From Vicinamibacterales bacterium (lineage in GTDB: Bacteria > Acidobacteriota > Vicinamibacteria > Vicinamibacterales > JAMQPK01), in the NCBI GenBank assembly GCA_963802345.1, contig CAWDIK010000014.1, positions 52,902 to 116,901 of the forward strand: a stretch of 64,000 nucleotides of DNA, in the 5' to 3' direction. Made by a program: the position numbers and the translations under genes. Positions 51,881 to 61,412 of the stretch are shown here, one piece after another. The notes under the pieces were generated by a model that saw only the letters and a program-made list of their open reading frames with translations, ran no database searches and was not told the origin of the DNA. Numbering within the stretch: position 1 is the stretch's first letter; each line of letters opens with the position of its first letter.

Positions 51881-53176
51881 TTACCAGATCACGAACTCTT
51901 TGCCGTCCTCCCAGTGCGCCGCCGGCGGATCGTTGACGACGAGATACTCGAACTCCTTGCTGAACTCTTCGTTCGAGAGGCCCGCTGTCGCGGCGAGCTT
52001 GGCGAGCTCGTGCGCATCGTGGAAGTCGTCCTTCCTCAGCCGAATCATGTAGCGGCGCGCGATGTGATACCGCGTCGAGTCGACGTCGACCAGGCGCGTC
52101 TTGGCGCGGCCGGTTTTTGGATCGAGCATGTCCTTGAAGGGGATCGGGACGAAGCGGCCCGCCTGCATCGAGACCATCGCGTTCGACCCGCCCGACATGA
52201 TGTACTTTGCCGCGCAGTAGCCCAGGTCCCTGGTGTATTCCATATCGAACGGAATGGGATCGGCGCAACGCAGCTCGTAGCCGATGTTTTTCGCGACGAG
52301 CGTCGACTTGAGGCCGAACTGCTTCAGCCGTTCGGCGATTTGCGCCTTCAGGATCTCGCCGATGTTCACCTCTGCGATGCGCACGTGACCGTGCGCGTCG
52401 CGCTCGACGCCCTTCAGCTCGGCGAGATCTTCCTCGCTGATGTGCAGCACGACCCCTTCGCCGATGACCGCCACGCCATCGCGCCTGCCATAGCTCAGCC
52501 GCTTGATGATGGCGCCGACCAGCGTGTCGACGAGCACCTTGAGCCGCAGCGGCGCGGAGAACTCTTCGGGAATCAGCGACAGCGTCGCTCCGGCGGCCTT
52601 GGCGATGCCGAGGCTCAGGTGACCGGCGGTGCGCCCCATCGCAATCACGATGTACCACCGCGACGTCGTCTTCGCGTCGACCATCAGGTTCTTCACAATC
52701 TCGACGCCGTAGTGACGCGCGGTCTGGAAGCCGAACGTGTCGATGTGCGGGGGCAGATCGAGATCGTTGTCGATCGTCTTCGGCACGTGCACGACACGGA
52801 GCCGGCCCGATGCGTGTTCCGCGAGCTTCATGGCCGAGAATGCGGTGTCGTCGCCGCCGATGGTGATGAGCTGCGACACATTGAGCCGCAGCAGCGACTG
52901 CACCGTGTTCTCGAGCAGTGCCGTGCTCTTCGACGGATTTGCGCGCGCGATGCCGATGTGCGATCCACCACGAAAATGAATGCGGCTGACGCCTTCGATC
53001 GTCAGCGGAGTGACGTGATCGATGTCCCCTTGCATGACCCATTCGAAGCCGTCGCGAAGCCCGATGACCTCGACTCCCTCCAGCCGAGCCCGGATCGTGG
53101 CCGCCGCGATGACGCTGTTGAGACCAGGTGCGGGCCCGCCGCCGCACAGAATCGCCAGATTGTTATGCGTGTCCAT
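51881..53176 (-). CDS. pfp: 6-phosphofructokinase (PPi-dependent-like PFK-A family)
   Basis: 431 aa intact with ILCGGGPAPGLN, GGDDT and PKTIDNDL. Confidence 0.85.
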   Translation of the reverse strand: MDTHNNLAILCGGGPAPGLNSVIAAATIRARLEGVEVIGLRDGFEWVMQGDIDHVTPLTIEGVSRIHFRGGSHIGIARANPSKSTALLENTVQSLLRLNVSQLITIGGDDTAFSAMKLAEHASGRLRVVHVPKTIDNDLDLPPHIDTFGFQTARHYGVEIVKNLMVDAKTTSRWYIVIAMGRTAGHLSLGIAKAAGATLSLIPEEFSAPLRLKVLVDTLVGAIIKRLSYGRRDGVAVIGEGVVLHISEEDLAELKGVERDAHGHVRIAEVNIGEILKAQIAERLKQFGLKSTLVAKNIGYELRCADPIPFDMEYTRDLGYCAAKYIMSGGSNAMVSMQAGRFVPIPFKDMLDPKTGRAKTRLVDVDSTRYHIARRYMIRLRKDDFHDAHELAKLAATAGLSNEEFSKEFEYLVVNDPPAAHWEDGKEFVIW

Positions 53177-53316
53177 GTCTTGTCGCGGGGCCCTCGCGCT
53201 TCCGCCGCTCGCCTGCGTCCCTCGACTATCGCTCAGGACGTCCTGCTGTTCGCAGGGCGGGGCCCCTCGCCTCGGCCGCTCGCGGCTGCGGTATTGTAAT
53301 TTCGCGTGCTACGACA

Positions 53317-53773
53317 GTGCAATTTCGGAGAGGTTTCGGCCAAGGAACCTTCGGTCCTGTCCTTCGAGCAGCCCGCGAACGCCGGGGCGTCACGCTCAGG
53401 CAACTGGCAGCGGAAACCAAGCTCAGCGTGGAATTGTGGGAGGCGCTCGAAGAGAACAACCTGGCGCGCTGGCCCAAGCGTGTCTTTGCGCGCAGCTACG
53501 TGCGTGACTACGCGGAGCGCATCGGCCTCGATCGCGGCGCCGGTCGGCGACCGAATTCGCCTGCGCCTCGTCCCCCGAATGGGGCGCTCGGCTGCCGAGT
53601 CGCCGTCTTCCGCACTGGCCGTCGGCCGCCCTCGCCGGCGTGGCCTACTCGAGTCTCGCCACGTTCTTCACCGGGCGCACGTTCGGCCTGTCGCGTCAGA
53701 GTGGATTCTCCGGACGCTGCAGTCGCTGCCGGGCACCCGCCGCCTGCTCTCCTCGCGCACCGAAAACGCGTAA
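53317..53773 (+). CDS. XRE/RodZ-like helix-turn-helix protein, frameshifted after the HTH
   Basis: FGPVLRAARERRGVTLRQLAAETKLSVELWEALEENNL. The downstream text continues in other frames, with an indel near 53535. Both the start (GTG at 53317) and the end are uncertain. Confidence 0.5.
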
Positions 53774-53852
53774 TTTCGCCTGTTTTTTGCCCGACCGCGT
53801 TTGTTTCTGATATCCTCTCGCTCCCTATCACTATTGGGACAAGGAGCGAGTA

Positions 53853-54194
53853 ATGCAGATAGCAGAGCGCGAAACAGGGGCGGTGACGGTCCTCGATCTT
53901 TCCGGAAAAATTACCCTTGGCGAAGGCGACACCCAGCTCAAGGACAAGCTGCACAGCCTGCTGCACCAGGGAAAGAAGAACGTGCTGCTCAACCTGGCAG
54001 AGGTGAACTACGTCGATAGCGCGGGGTTGGGCGCGCTGGTCAGCGCATATACGACAGTTACCCGAGAGGGAGGCAACCTGAAGCTGCTCAACGTCACCCG
54101 CAAGCTGCAGGATCTGCTGTCGATCACCAAGCTGTTGACCGTCTTCGAGACGTTCGATTCGGAGGACGAGGCGCTCCGCAGCTACAAAAAGTAA
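53853..54194 (+). CDS. STAS-domain anti-sigma-factor antagonist
   Basis: VTVLDLSGKITLGEG...LNLAEVNYVDSAGLGALV, with an AAGGAG RBS. Confidence 0.85.
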   Translation: MQIAERETGAVTVLDLSGKITLGEGDTQLKDKLHSLLHQGKKNVLLNLAEVNYVDSAGLGALVSAYTTVTREGGNLKLLNVTRKLQDLLSITKLLTVFETFDSEDEALRSYKK

Positions 54195-54215
54195 CAACAG
54201 GAGACGTAAAGACGC

Positions 54216-54243
54216 GGAGAAACATTTTCGAAAAGATTTCTCC
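54216..54243. terminator. Bidirectional hairpin between convergent genes
   Basis: ggagaaa-cattttcgaaaaga-tttctcc. Confidence 0.6.
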
Positions 54244-54269
54244 TACCCGCCTCTGCGTCGCGTGTTCTC

Positions 54270-55535
54270 TTATCCCTTCCGAAAGACCACAATCCGGTTC
54301 GTGTTCGTGCCCTTCGAGTTGTTGCGCACTCCCCAGCAGTTCGCCGTCTTGGTGAACTGCTGAGCGTTGATCACGACGAGCAGCGGTTCGAGACCGGACG
54401 CGACGCCGCAGGGCAGCACGGCTTCTTCGAGCTTCACCTTGCCGTTGCGGACTTCGCCCACTTCGAACGCCACGTGGCCGCCGGGCCGCAGCACGCGGGC
54501 GAGCTCGCGGAACACGCTCGTCATCGCCGCCTGCCATTCGGCCACCTTGCGGTGCATCGAGATCTCGACGGCCGACGTGTCGATGCCGCAGAACCACCCG
54601 CGCAGCCAGTTGTCACCCGCGTAGTCGACGACATCGAGAAACGGCGGCGACGTGACGACGAGGCTTACAGAATTCGCCTTGAGCTGCGGGGTCGAGCGCG
54701 CCGGCCGTGTCAGCAGCATCGCCCGGTTCGCCGAGCGCAGCAGCGCGGCCCGTGTCGCCGCGTCGCAGTCGGCCAGCAGCGATCGCGTCTTGCCCACGAT
54801 GAGATTGCGCACGTTCCGCCGCGGTGGGACCTGCTTGCGCCTCGCGTTGATCCTGGCCTGTGCGTCGATCGAGGTCGCCTGGTTGGGCGGCAGCGTGTAG
54901 ACGGAGAAGAACCCGGGCGAGTGTCCCGTCAGCCGGTTCACCGCCACCATGCGAATCCACCTGTCGATGCCGTCGAGCGATCCGCTGCGGTCGCGCGCGA
55001 GCAGATATTCCCGCAGGGCGCAGATCTCGCGCAGCGTCTCCGGGTGATAAAACACCTCGAGCTCTCGCGGATAGGACAGGGCAAGCGACAAGTCGATCTC
55101 CACAAGCCTGCGCTCGACCTCTTCCGGCGTGGGCGGAGAGAGACGCGGCTGCGCGAGCATCGCGCTCAGCGGGTTGATGTCGCAACCCGCGGGCGTTCGC
55201 CCCGCCAGCGCCGCTTCGAGCACCGTCGTGCCGCGTCCCATGAACGGGTCGTACACGACGTCACCTGGCGTTGTGAAACGGTCGATGAAGAAGCGCGGAA
55301 GCTGCGGCTTGAAGCACGCGCGATATGACACCTCGTGGAGACTGTGTGCGGCGCGCTGTTTGCTCGTCCAGAATTCATTGACGAACGTTTCCACGACGAT
55401 CGGCCGCCTCTTCGCGAGGCCGACACTGGTGACGGCCCGCCGCGTGGCACGGCCGTTCCAGGTGAACGCGCGCAGCTCGCGGACGATCTCGGGTTGGGGA
55501 GATGCTGGGCTCGGAAGGCGTTGGGGGACGCTCAC
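54270..55535 (-). CDS. DNA methyltransferase-like protein (N4/N6 type), motif I before motif IV
   Basis: YDPFMGRGTT (SAM-binding) at about aa 105 and VVTSPPF (catalytic (S/D)PP(F/Y)) at about aa 290. 421 aa intact. Confidence 0.65.
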   Translation of the reverse strand: MSVPQRLPSPASPQPEIVRELRAFTWNGRATRRAVTSVGLAKRRPIVVETFVNEFWTSKQRAAHSLHEVSYRACFKPQLPRFFIDRFTTPGDVVYDPFMGRGTTVLEAALAGRTPAGCDINPLSAMLAQPRLSPPTPEEVERRLVEIDLSLALSYPRELEVFYHPETLREICALREYLLARDRSGSLDGIDRWIRMVAVNRLTGHSPGFFSVYTLPPNQATSIDAQARINARRKQVPPRRNVRNLIVGKTRSLLADCDAATRAALLRSANRAMLLTRPARSTPQLKANSVSLVVTSPPFLDVVDYAGDNWLRGWFCGIDTSAVEISMHRKVAEWQAAMTSVFRELARVLRPGGHVAFEVGEVRNGKVKLEEAVLPCGVASGLEPLLVVINAQQFTKTANCWGVRNNSKGTNTNRIVVFRKG

Positions 55536-55538
55536 CCC

Positions 55539-57903
55539 CTATCTATCGGCAGAACTGTGCAGAAGTACAGCGGCAGCCAGATAGATGGCGGCGCCGGTCA
55601 TCAATGTGACCGAAAAACCCCAGTTCATGGCGATAAAGACGGCCAGCGTAGCCCCGATGACCGACAGCGCGCCGTTCATGCCCCACGCCCAAGGTACGAG
55701 GGCAGAGTCATTTGCGGTCATCAACCGGATGCCCGCGGGCAGCGGCATCCCCATCAGGACCCCGGCAGGCGCGATCAGCAGCACCGTCAGGGCGATGCGT
55801 GCGGCGTGGCTCGCGCTGATGGCCGAGCGGATGATAAGCGGCAGCGCGACGATGCCGAGAATGGCGACACCGACGATGCCGAGCAGCACGAGCTGAATGG
55901 TGCGGCGGAGCGCGGCGTCACTGATGCGGCGGCTCACGAGGCTGCCGATGCCAGTTCCGAGCAGAATCGAAAACAGCGTCACGGTGAGGGAGTACACCGG
56001 ATGCCCGAGCAGCAGCACGAACCGTTGCAGCAGCGCCACCTCGATGAGCATGAAGCCGGCGCCGAGCGTCCCGAAGTACCCGAGCCAGCGAGGCCAGTGG
56101 CTGCCGCGCAGCTCGCTGCCCGACAACGCCAGCGGTCCCACCACGAACAGGGCGACGAACGTGACGGAGATCGCCATCAGCGTCATCAGCGCGCTCAGGC
56201 CGTTGCCGAACAGCATGCTGCGGCCGAAGGCGGTCTGAAACTGGTCCTGAATTTTGGTCGTGTGGAAGAAGAACGGCCTGTTATCCGTGGTTGGAGACAC
56301 GTCGTGATGGTAGCTGTCGTAAAACGCCCGTCGATCCGGTGCGAGCACGAGCTTCGCGTAGTCGTTGCTCGTGTCGCGTCTGTCCCGGCGCGTACAGCAC
56401 TGTAAAGCCCAGCCGGTTGGCCGTCGCGCGCAGGTGTGCGACATCCTCCGGCGAGAAGGCGGTCTTCTTCAAGAGGAAGGTCGCCACACGATCCTGCTGG
56501 ACGATGGCCATGTGCTGCGCAGCCGAGCACCCGCGGCTTTCGCAGGCCGCCTGCGCCAGTGACACCAGCCGGAGTCCGTCGAAGACCCACCGCGTGATCG
56601 TCAGCATCCCGCGCTCGGTGAGGTGATCGTAGTAATCCTCGAAGGCCTCCTTCGTGTACAGGGTGTTCTCCGTCAGCGTGTACGCGCCGGCCGCCGTCGC
56701 CGCCCAGGTGTCGACGAGCGACGCCTGGATGACGTCGTACCGCTCGTTCGATCGACGGACGTAGCTGCGGCCGTCATCGACGACGACGTGGACCTTCGGG
56801 TTGTGGTAGATCGAACCTGAAAAATCGCGGAAGCGGCCGAGCATGACGTCGTCCGCGATGATCGGGTTCACCTCGACGCCGTCGACGCGTCCCGCGCCGA
56901 AGACGAGCGCCGTCAAGAGATCTCTGCCGCCCCCGGGACCGATCACGAGCGTCGTAAAGCCGACCGATCGGTTCATGAGGTGAAAGGCGAGCCCGGTGAG
57001 CTCGTATTTCAGATATTCGACCTTCGACAAATCGCCGTCGAAGCGCAGGATCGGCGTCGACGCCGCCGAATCGATGTCCATGAATCGCGTTTCGGGCTTG
57101 GGGCCCTTGTAGAGGGAGCTGAGCGACCAGTCGCCGTGCGACCGGTCGTACACGGCCACGCGCGAAAACGAATTCCATTTCGCGAACAGGACCGTGTCTT
57201 CGTCGTGCCCCTTGGTATTGCTGACGTCGAACGGAGCCGATCCCATCAGCTGCAAGCCGCCGGGGATTCCCACGGCCAGCGCGGCGATCGCCGCGGTGCG
57301 AAACACCGTCTTGGCCGGCGAAAACAGCAATGCTGCGACGCCGCCGAGCACTGCGGCCAGAAGCACGACACCCGGCGCGCCGAAGCGATTCAACAGGGGC
57401 AGCAGCAACAGGCAGCCGAGAGCGGCGCCGATGAGATCGGCGCCATAGACGATGTTGACGCGATTCCTGAGGCGCGTGATCGCCAGCGAGATGGCGGCGC
57501 CGCCCGAGAAGAACGGCAGGGCGGCGAGCGTGTAGATGGCGATCATCTTGACGAGGTTCGCGTGCGAGTAATTGAGGCCGACGCGGATGCGCACGAGAGC
57601 GGCGAGCGCCACGACCGTGCAGGCGGCGAACAGCAGCGAATGCGCCGTGAGCAGGCTCGCCGTCGAGCGCGTGTCGAACGTGCGGCGCATGACGTAGACG
57701 TAGACGCCGCTCGCGCTGAGCCCGAAGAGCGCGATCGAGATCGCGAGGAACGCGAAATGGTAGTACATCGTCACCGAGAAGATGCGCGTCAGGGCGAGCT
57801 CGATCATCAGGATGGCGCCGGCAATCGCGGCGACGCCGGCGAGCGCCCGCACGAAGCGGCCGCGCGTGAATGCATCATCGGTGTGGAGCGCGTCGGTGGA
57901 CAT
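55539..57903 (-). CDS. Polytopic membrane protein with central spermidine-synthase-like methyltransferase fold, one frameshift
   Basis: VIGPGGGRDL, ERYDVIQASLVD and TM-rich N- and C-terminal parts. ORFs 56281..57903 and 55539..56444 join near 56385. Confidence 0.65.
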
Positions 57904-57947
57904 CGGCGTCGAAGTTTAGCATCAGAGACTTGAGGTAAACTGCAGCG

Positions 57948-58337
57948 GTGCCGGCGACAGCAACCGTTCGCGCGCAATCACCCAATCACGTGCTGATCTG
58001 CGCGGCGGGTCTGCTCGTGCCGGGACTCGCGCATCTCTGGCTCGGCCGCCGCAAGGGACTGATCTTTGTGGTCGTGCTGCCGGCGATGTTCGCGTTGGGT
58101 CTTTTTCTGGAAGGCAGAATTTTTCCGGTCGACTTCTCGCAGCCGCTCGTCGCGCTCGCGGCGCTGGCGAACATGGGCATCGGTCTGCCGTACATCGCCG
58201 CTCGCATGATGGGCTACGGCGCCGGCAACGTGATCGCCGTCACCTACGAGTATGGGAACACCTTCCTCATCGTCGCCGGCCTGCTCAATGCGCTCGTGGT
58301 GATTGACGCCTTCGACATCTCCATGGGACGCAAATGA
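57948..58337 (+). CDS. Small integral membrane protein (129 aa)
   Basis: Three or four hydrophobic helices, GTG start. No family recognised. Confidence 0.5.
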   Translation: MPATATVRAQSPNHVLICAAGLLVPGLAHLWLGRRKGLIFVVVLPAMFALGLFLEGRIFPVDFSQPLVALAALANMGIGLPYIAARMMGYGAGNVIAVTYEYGNTFLIVAGLLNALVVIDAFDISMGRK

Positions 58338-58510
58338 TGCACAGCCATCTGGTCCTGATGCTGATCTTTTCGCTGTGCGTGTCGGCCGTCTTCGCCGGGC
58401 TGCTGCGCGAAGAGGCGCACGATCAGCTCGTCATCGGCGCCAAGATGTTCGGCGGCATGATCGTCGCCGCGCTCATCCTCGGCTGGCTGATGTTTCCGTT
58501 TCCGATCTGA
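58334..58510 (+). CDS. 58-aa two-helix membrane peptide (not in the ORF track)
   Basis: ATG at 58334 overlaps the upstream TGA (ATGA). It encodes MMHSHLVLMLIFSLCVSAVFAGLL...MIVAALILGWLMFPFPI with a stop at 58508. Confidence 0.45.
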   Translation: MMHSHLVLMLIFSLCVSAVFAGLLREEAHDQLVIGAKMFGGMIVAALILGWLMFPFPI

Positions 58511-58515
58511 TCTCT

Positions 58516-58901
58516 TTGCCCTCCGCTCTCAGCTCTACGCGGATCAGGCTCTGGCTGCCAGTCATCGCTTACATGGCGATGCTGTTCGTGTTCTCCTCGT
58601 TTTCCAAACTGCCGACGCCGCCGGGCGATCTGTCCTTCTACCATGTTCACATCGCCGCGTACGCCGGGCTCGGCGCGTTGACGACCCGCGCCGCAGCGAA
58701 GGGACTGCGGCATGTGTCCTTGACGGCAGCATTCGTGGCAATTGCGATCTCCACTCTCTACGGCGTTACTGACGAATATCACCAAGCTGTTCGTGCCCGG
58801 ACGAACGTTCGACGTGTCTGGACATGGCGGCCGATGCGTTCGGTTCGGTGTTAGGGGCGGGCGCGATGTGGGCGTGGAGTATAATCATGCGTCGCTTCTG
58901 A
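58516..58901 (+). CDS. VanZ-like membrane protein, two frameshifts
   Basis: LYGVTDEYHQ, then FVPGRTFDVS, then MAADAFGSVLGAGAMWAW in three different frames. TTG start guessed. Confidence 0.5.
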
Positions 58902-58908
58902 GCGTGCG

Positions 58909-59689
58909 ATGCCCTTTGACAACCTGCTCGTCCAGCGTGAGTCCCGGATCGCGGTGCTCACGGTTCAGCGCCCCACGCGCCTGAACGCGCTCGACGCCTC
59001 GACCCTCGACGAACTTCGGCAGGCTGCTCTCGATCTTCAACACGACAACTCGATCCGCTGCGTCATCGTGACCGGGGCCGGCGAGAAGGCCTTTGTCGCC
59101 GGCGCCGACATCAACGAGATTGCCGGCGACACGGCTGAAGCCGCGCGGCTGCGCGCGCTCGGCGGCCAGCACGTGTTCGATCTCATCGAGCATCTCGGCA
59201 AGCCGGTCATCGCCGCCGTCAACGGATTCGCACTTGGCGGCGGATGCGAGCTCGCCATGGCGTGTACTCTTCGGATCGCGGCCGACACGGCACGCTTCGG
59301 GCAGCCTGAGATCAACCTCGGCCTGATTCCGGGATTTGCCGGCACCCAGCGTCTGGCTCGCCTTGTCGGAAAGACGAAGGCCATGGAGTTGATTCTGACC
59401 GGGAATCCAATCCCGGCCTCCGAGGCCCTCGCCATCGGCCTCGTGAATCGCGTCGTCCCCGCGGCCAATCTCATGACCGAGGCGCGCGCGCTCGCGGCAG
59501 AGCTCGCGGCAAAGCCGGCGATCGCGCTCGCGGTACGCCATGGAGGCGATCAACAGCGGCCTCGAGATGCCCTTCGTAGAGGCGTGCCGGCTCGAAGCCT
59601 CGCTGTTCGGCATGCTCACGGCTACCGACGACATGAAGGAAGGGACGAGGGCGTTTCTCGAGAAGAGAAAGCCGGAGTTCAAGGGTTGA
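58909..59689 (+). CDS. Enoyl-CoA hydratase (crotonase family), one frameshift near 59530
   Basis: VIVTGAGEKAFVAGADI and AAVNGFALGGGCELAMAC. The corrected frame ends ...AFLEKRKPEFKG with TGA at 59687. Confidence 0.85.
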
Positions 59690-59694
59690 AAGAC

Positions 59695-60189
59695 ATGCTG
59701 AAGGTCGAGGGCTCGCAGAAAGCGCCGGGATTGAAGTTTGCGCTCGTCGTGTCGAAGTTCAATGACTTCGTCACCGAGCGTCTGCAAACCGGTGCGCTCG
59801 AGGGGCTGAAGGCCGCGGGGGTCGCCGGCGACGACATCTGCGTCATCAAGGTGCCCGGCGCGTTCGAGATTCCCTTCGCGGCGAAGGAAGCAGCCTCTCG
59901 TGGACGATTCGCTGCGGTGATTTGCCTGGGGTGCCTGATTCGGGGCGCGACCGCGCACTTCGAGTACATCGCGTCGGCGTGCGCGCACGGCATCACCGAC
60001 GCAGCGGCGCAGACAGGCGTGCCCATGACCTTCGGGGTGCTGACGACCAACTCTGTCGAGGAAGCCCTCGAGCGAGCGGGCGAGGGATCTGCCAACAAGG
60101 GATGGGAGGCGGCAGCCGCAGCGGTCGAGATGGCGACGCTTCAGCGTGCCCTTCGCCAGCCCAGACCGGCGACAGGCGTGAACGTATGA
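59695..60189 (+). CDS. ribH: 6,7-dimethyl-8-ribityllumazine synthase
   Basis: KFALVVSKFNDFVTERL, VPGAFEIP and GVLT. Confidence 0.9.
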   Translation: MLKVEGSQKAPGLKFALVVSKFNDFVTERLQTGALEGLKAAGVAGDDICVIKVPGAFEIPFAAKEAASRGRFAAVICLGCLIRGATAHFEYIASACAHGITDAAAQTGVPMTFGVLTTNSVEEALERAGEGSANKGWEAAAAAVEMATLQRALRQPRPATGVNV

Positions 60190-60638
60190 CCGCTCCTGAC
60201 GCCACGACGCCGGGATCGAAGCACCGCACGCGCCATCGCGCCCGTCAGGCCGCCGTGCAGATGCTCTATCAGTGCGAAGTGGGGCAACACGATATCGAAG
60301 AGGTGGTGCGCACATTCTGGTCCGCGAATCTGCCGGGATCGGAAGGCGCACCAGAGGCCGTGCGGACGTTCGCCGAGCAGCTCGTGCGTCTGACGACGGC
60401 GAATCTCCAGAAGATCGATCCGCTGATCGTGGAGACCGCGGAGCACTGGAGGTTGTCGCGGATGGCTGCGCTCGACCGAATCATCCTGCGTCTGGCGATT
60501 GGCGAATTCCTCGACGGATCCACGCCGCGGAACGTCGTGATCAATGAGGCGCTCGAGCTGGCGAAGACGTTCAGCGGCGAGGAATCGGTGAAGTTCGTGA
60601 ATGGAATACTGGACGCGGTGAAGAAGAAAATGCCATGA
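60186..60638 (+). CDS. nusB: Transcription antitermination factor NusB
   Basis: RHRARQAAVQMLYQ, LDRIILRLAIGE and INEALELAK. ATGA overlap with ribH. Confidence 0.9.
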   Translation: MTAPDATTPGSKHRTRHRARQAAVQMLYQCEVGQHDIEEVVRTFWSANLPGSEGAPEAVRTFAEQLVRLTTANLQKIDPLIVETAEHWRLSRMAALDRIILRLAIGEFLDGSTPRNVVINEALELAKTFSGEESVKFVNGILDAVKKKMP

Positions 60639-60674
60639 ATGGTCGCGTAGGCCGCGTAAGTCGCGTCGGGGTTC

Positions 60675-61403
60675 GTGGGGTTGGTACTCGCCGCCGCTTG
60701 CGGGATGAGCTCGCAAACGCCGCCGGGTCCATCGCCCGTCACGCCAACGTTTTCCGTTCTGGTCTTCTCGAAAACAGCAGGCTTTCGGCACGACTCCATT
60801 CCTGCCGGCATCAACGCTGTCCGCCAGCAGGGCAGCGCGCGTGGATTTTCGGTCGACGCGTCCGAGGACGCGGCTGTGTTCACGGACGAATCGCTCGCCA
60901 GGTACAAGGTGGTCATGTTTCTCTCCACCACCGGCGACGTGCTGAACCCGGCGCAGGAAGCCGCGTTCGAGCGGTTTATCCGCCGGGGAGGCGGTTTCGT
61001 CGGCGTTCACTCGGCCACCGACACGGAATACGACTGGCCGTTCTACGGGGCCCTGGTGGGGGCCTACTTCGACGGGCATCCCGATATTCAGAACGCGACG
61101 ATTCAGGTCGAGGATTCCTCGCATCCTGCGGTCGCCTCGCTGCCGCGTCCGTGGACGCGCCGCGACGAGTGGTACAACTTCCGTCGAAATCCGCGCGGCA
61201 ACGTCACCGTGCTCGCCACGCTGGACGAGCGCACGTACAGCGGCGGAACGATGGCGCCAGACCATCCGATCATCTGGTCGCACACCTACGAAGGCGGGCG
61301 GGCGCTGTACACCGCGCTTGGCCACACGCAGGAAAGCTTTTCGGAAGCATCCTTCGTCGAGCATCTCGGACGAGCCATTCTCTGGGCGGCCGGTGCGATA
61401 TGA
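60675..61403 (+). CDS. ThuA-domain lipoprotein
   Basis: Lipobox LAAAC, then VLVFSKTAGFRHDSI and GGGFVGVHSATDT. Confidence 0.75.
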   Translation: MGLVLAAACGMSSQTPPGPSPVTPTFSVLVFSKTAGFRHDSIPAGINAVRQQGSARGFSVDASEDAAVFTDESLARYKVVMFLSTTGDVLNPAQEAAFERFIRRGGGFVGVHSATDTEYDWPFYGALVGAYFDGHPDIQNATIQVEDSSHPAVASLPRPWTRRDEWYNFRRNPRGNVTVLATLDERTYSGGTMAPDHPIIWSHTYEGGRALYTALGHTQESFSEASFVEHLGRAILWAAGAI

Positions 61404-61412
61404 TTTCGACGA

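Noticed and set aside
53853-55535. A restriction-modification or other defence island around the methyltransferase.
   Set aside because: No endonuclease, specificity, helicase or ATPase partner is present, and the flanking genes are a STAS protein and a membrane enzyme. I treat the methyltransferase as solitary.
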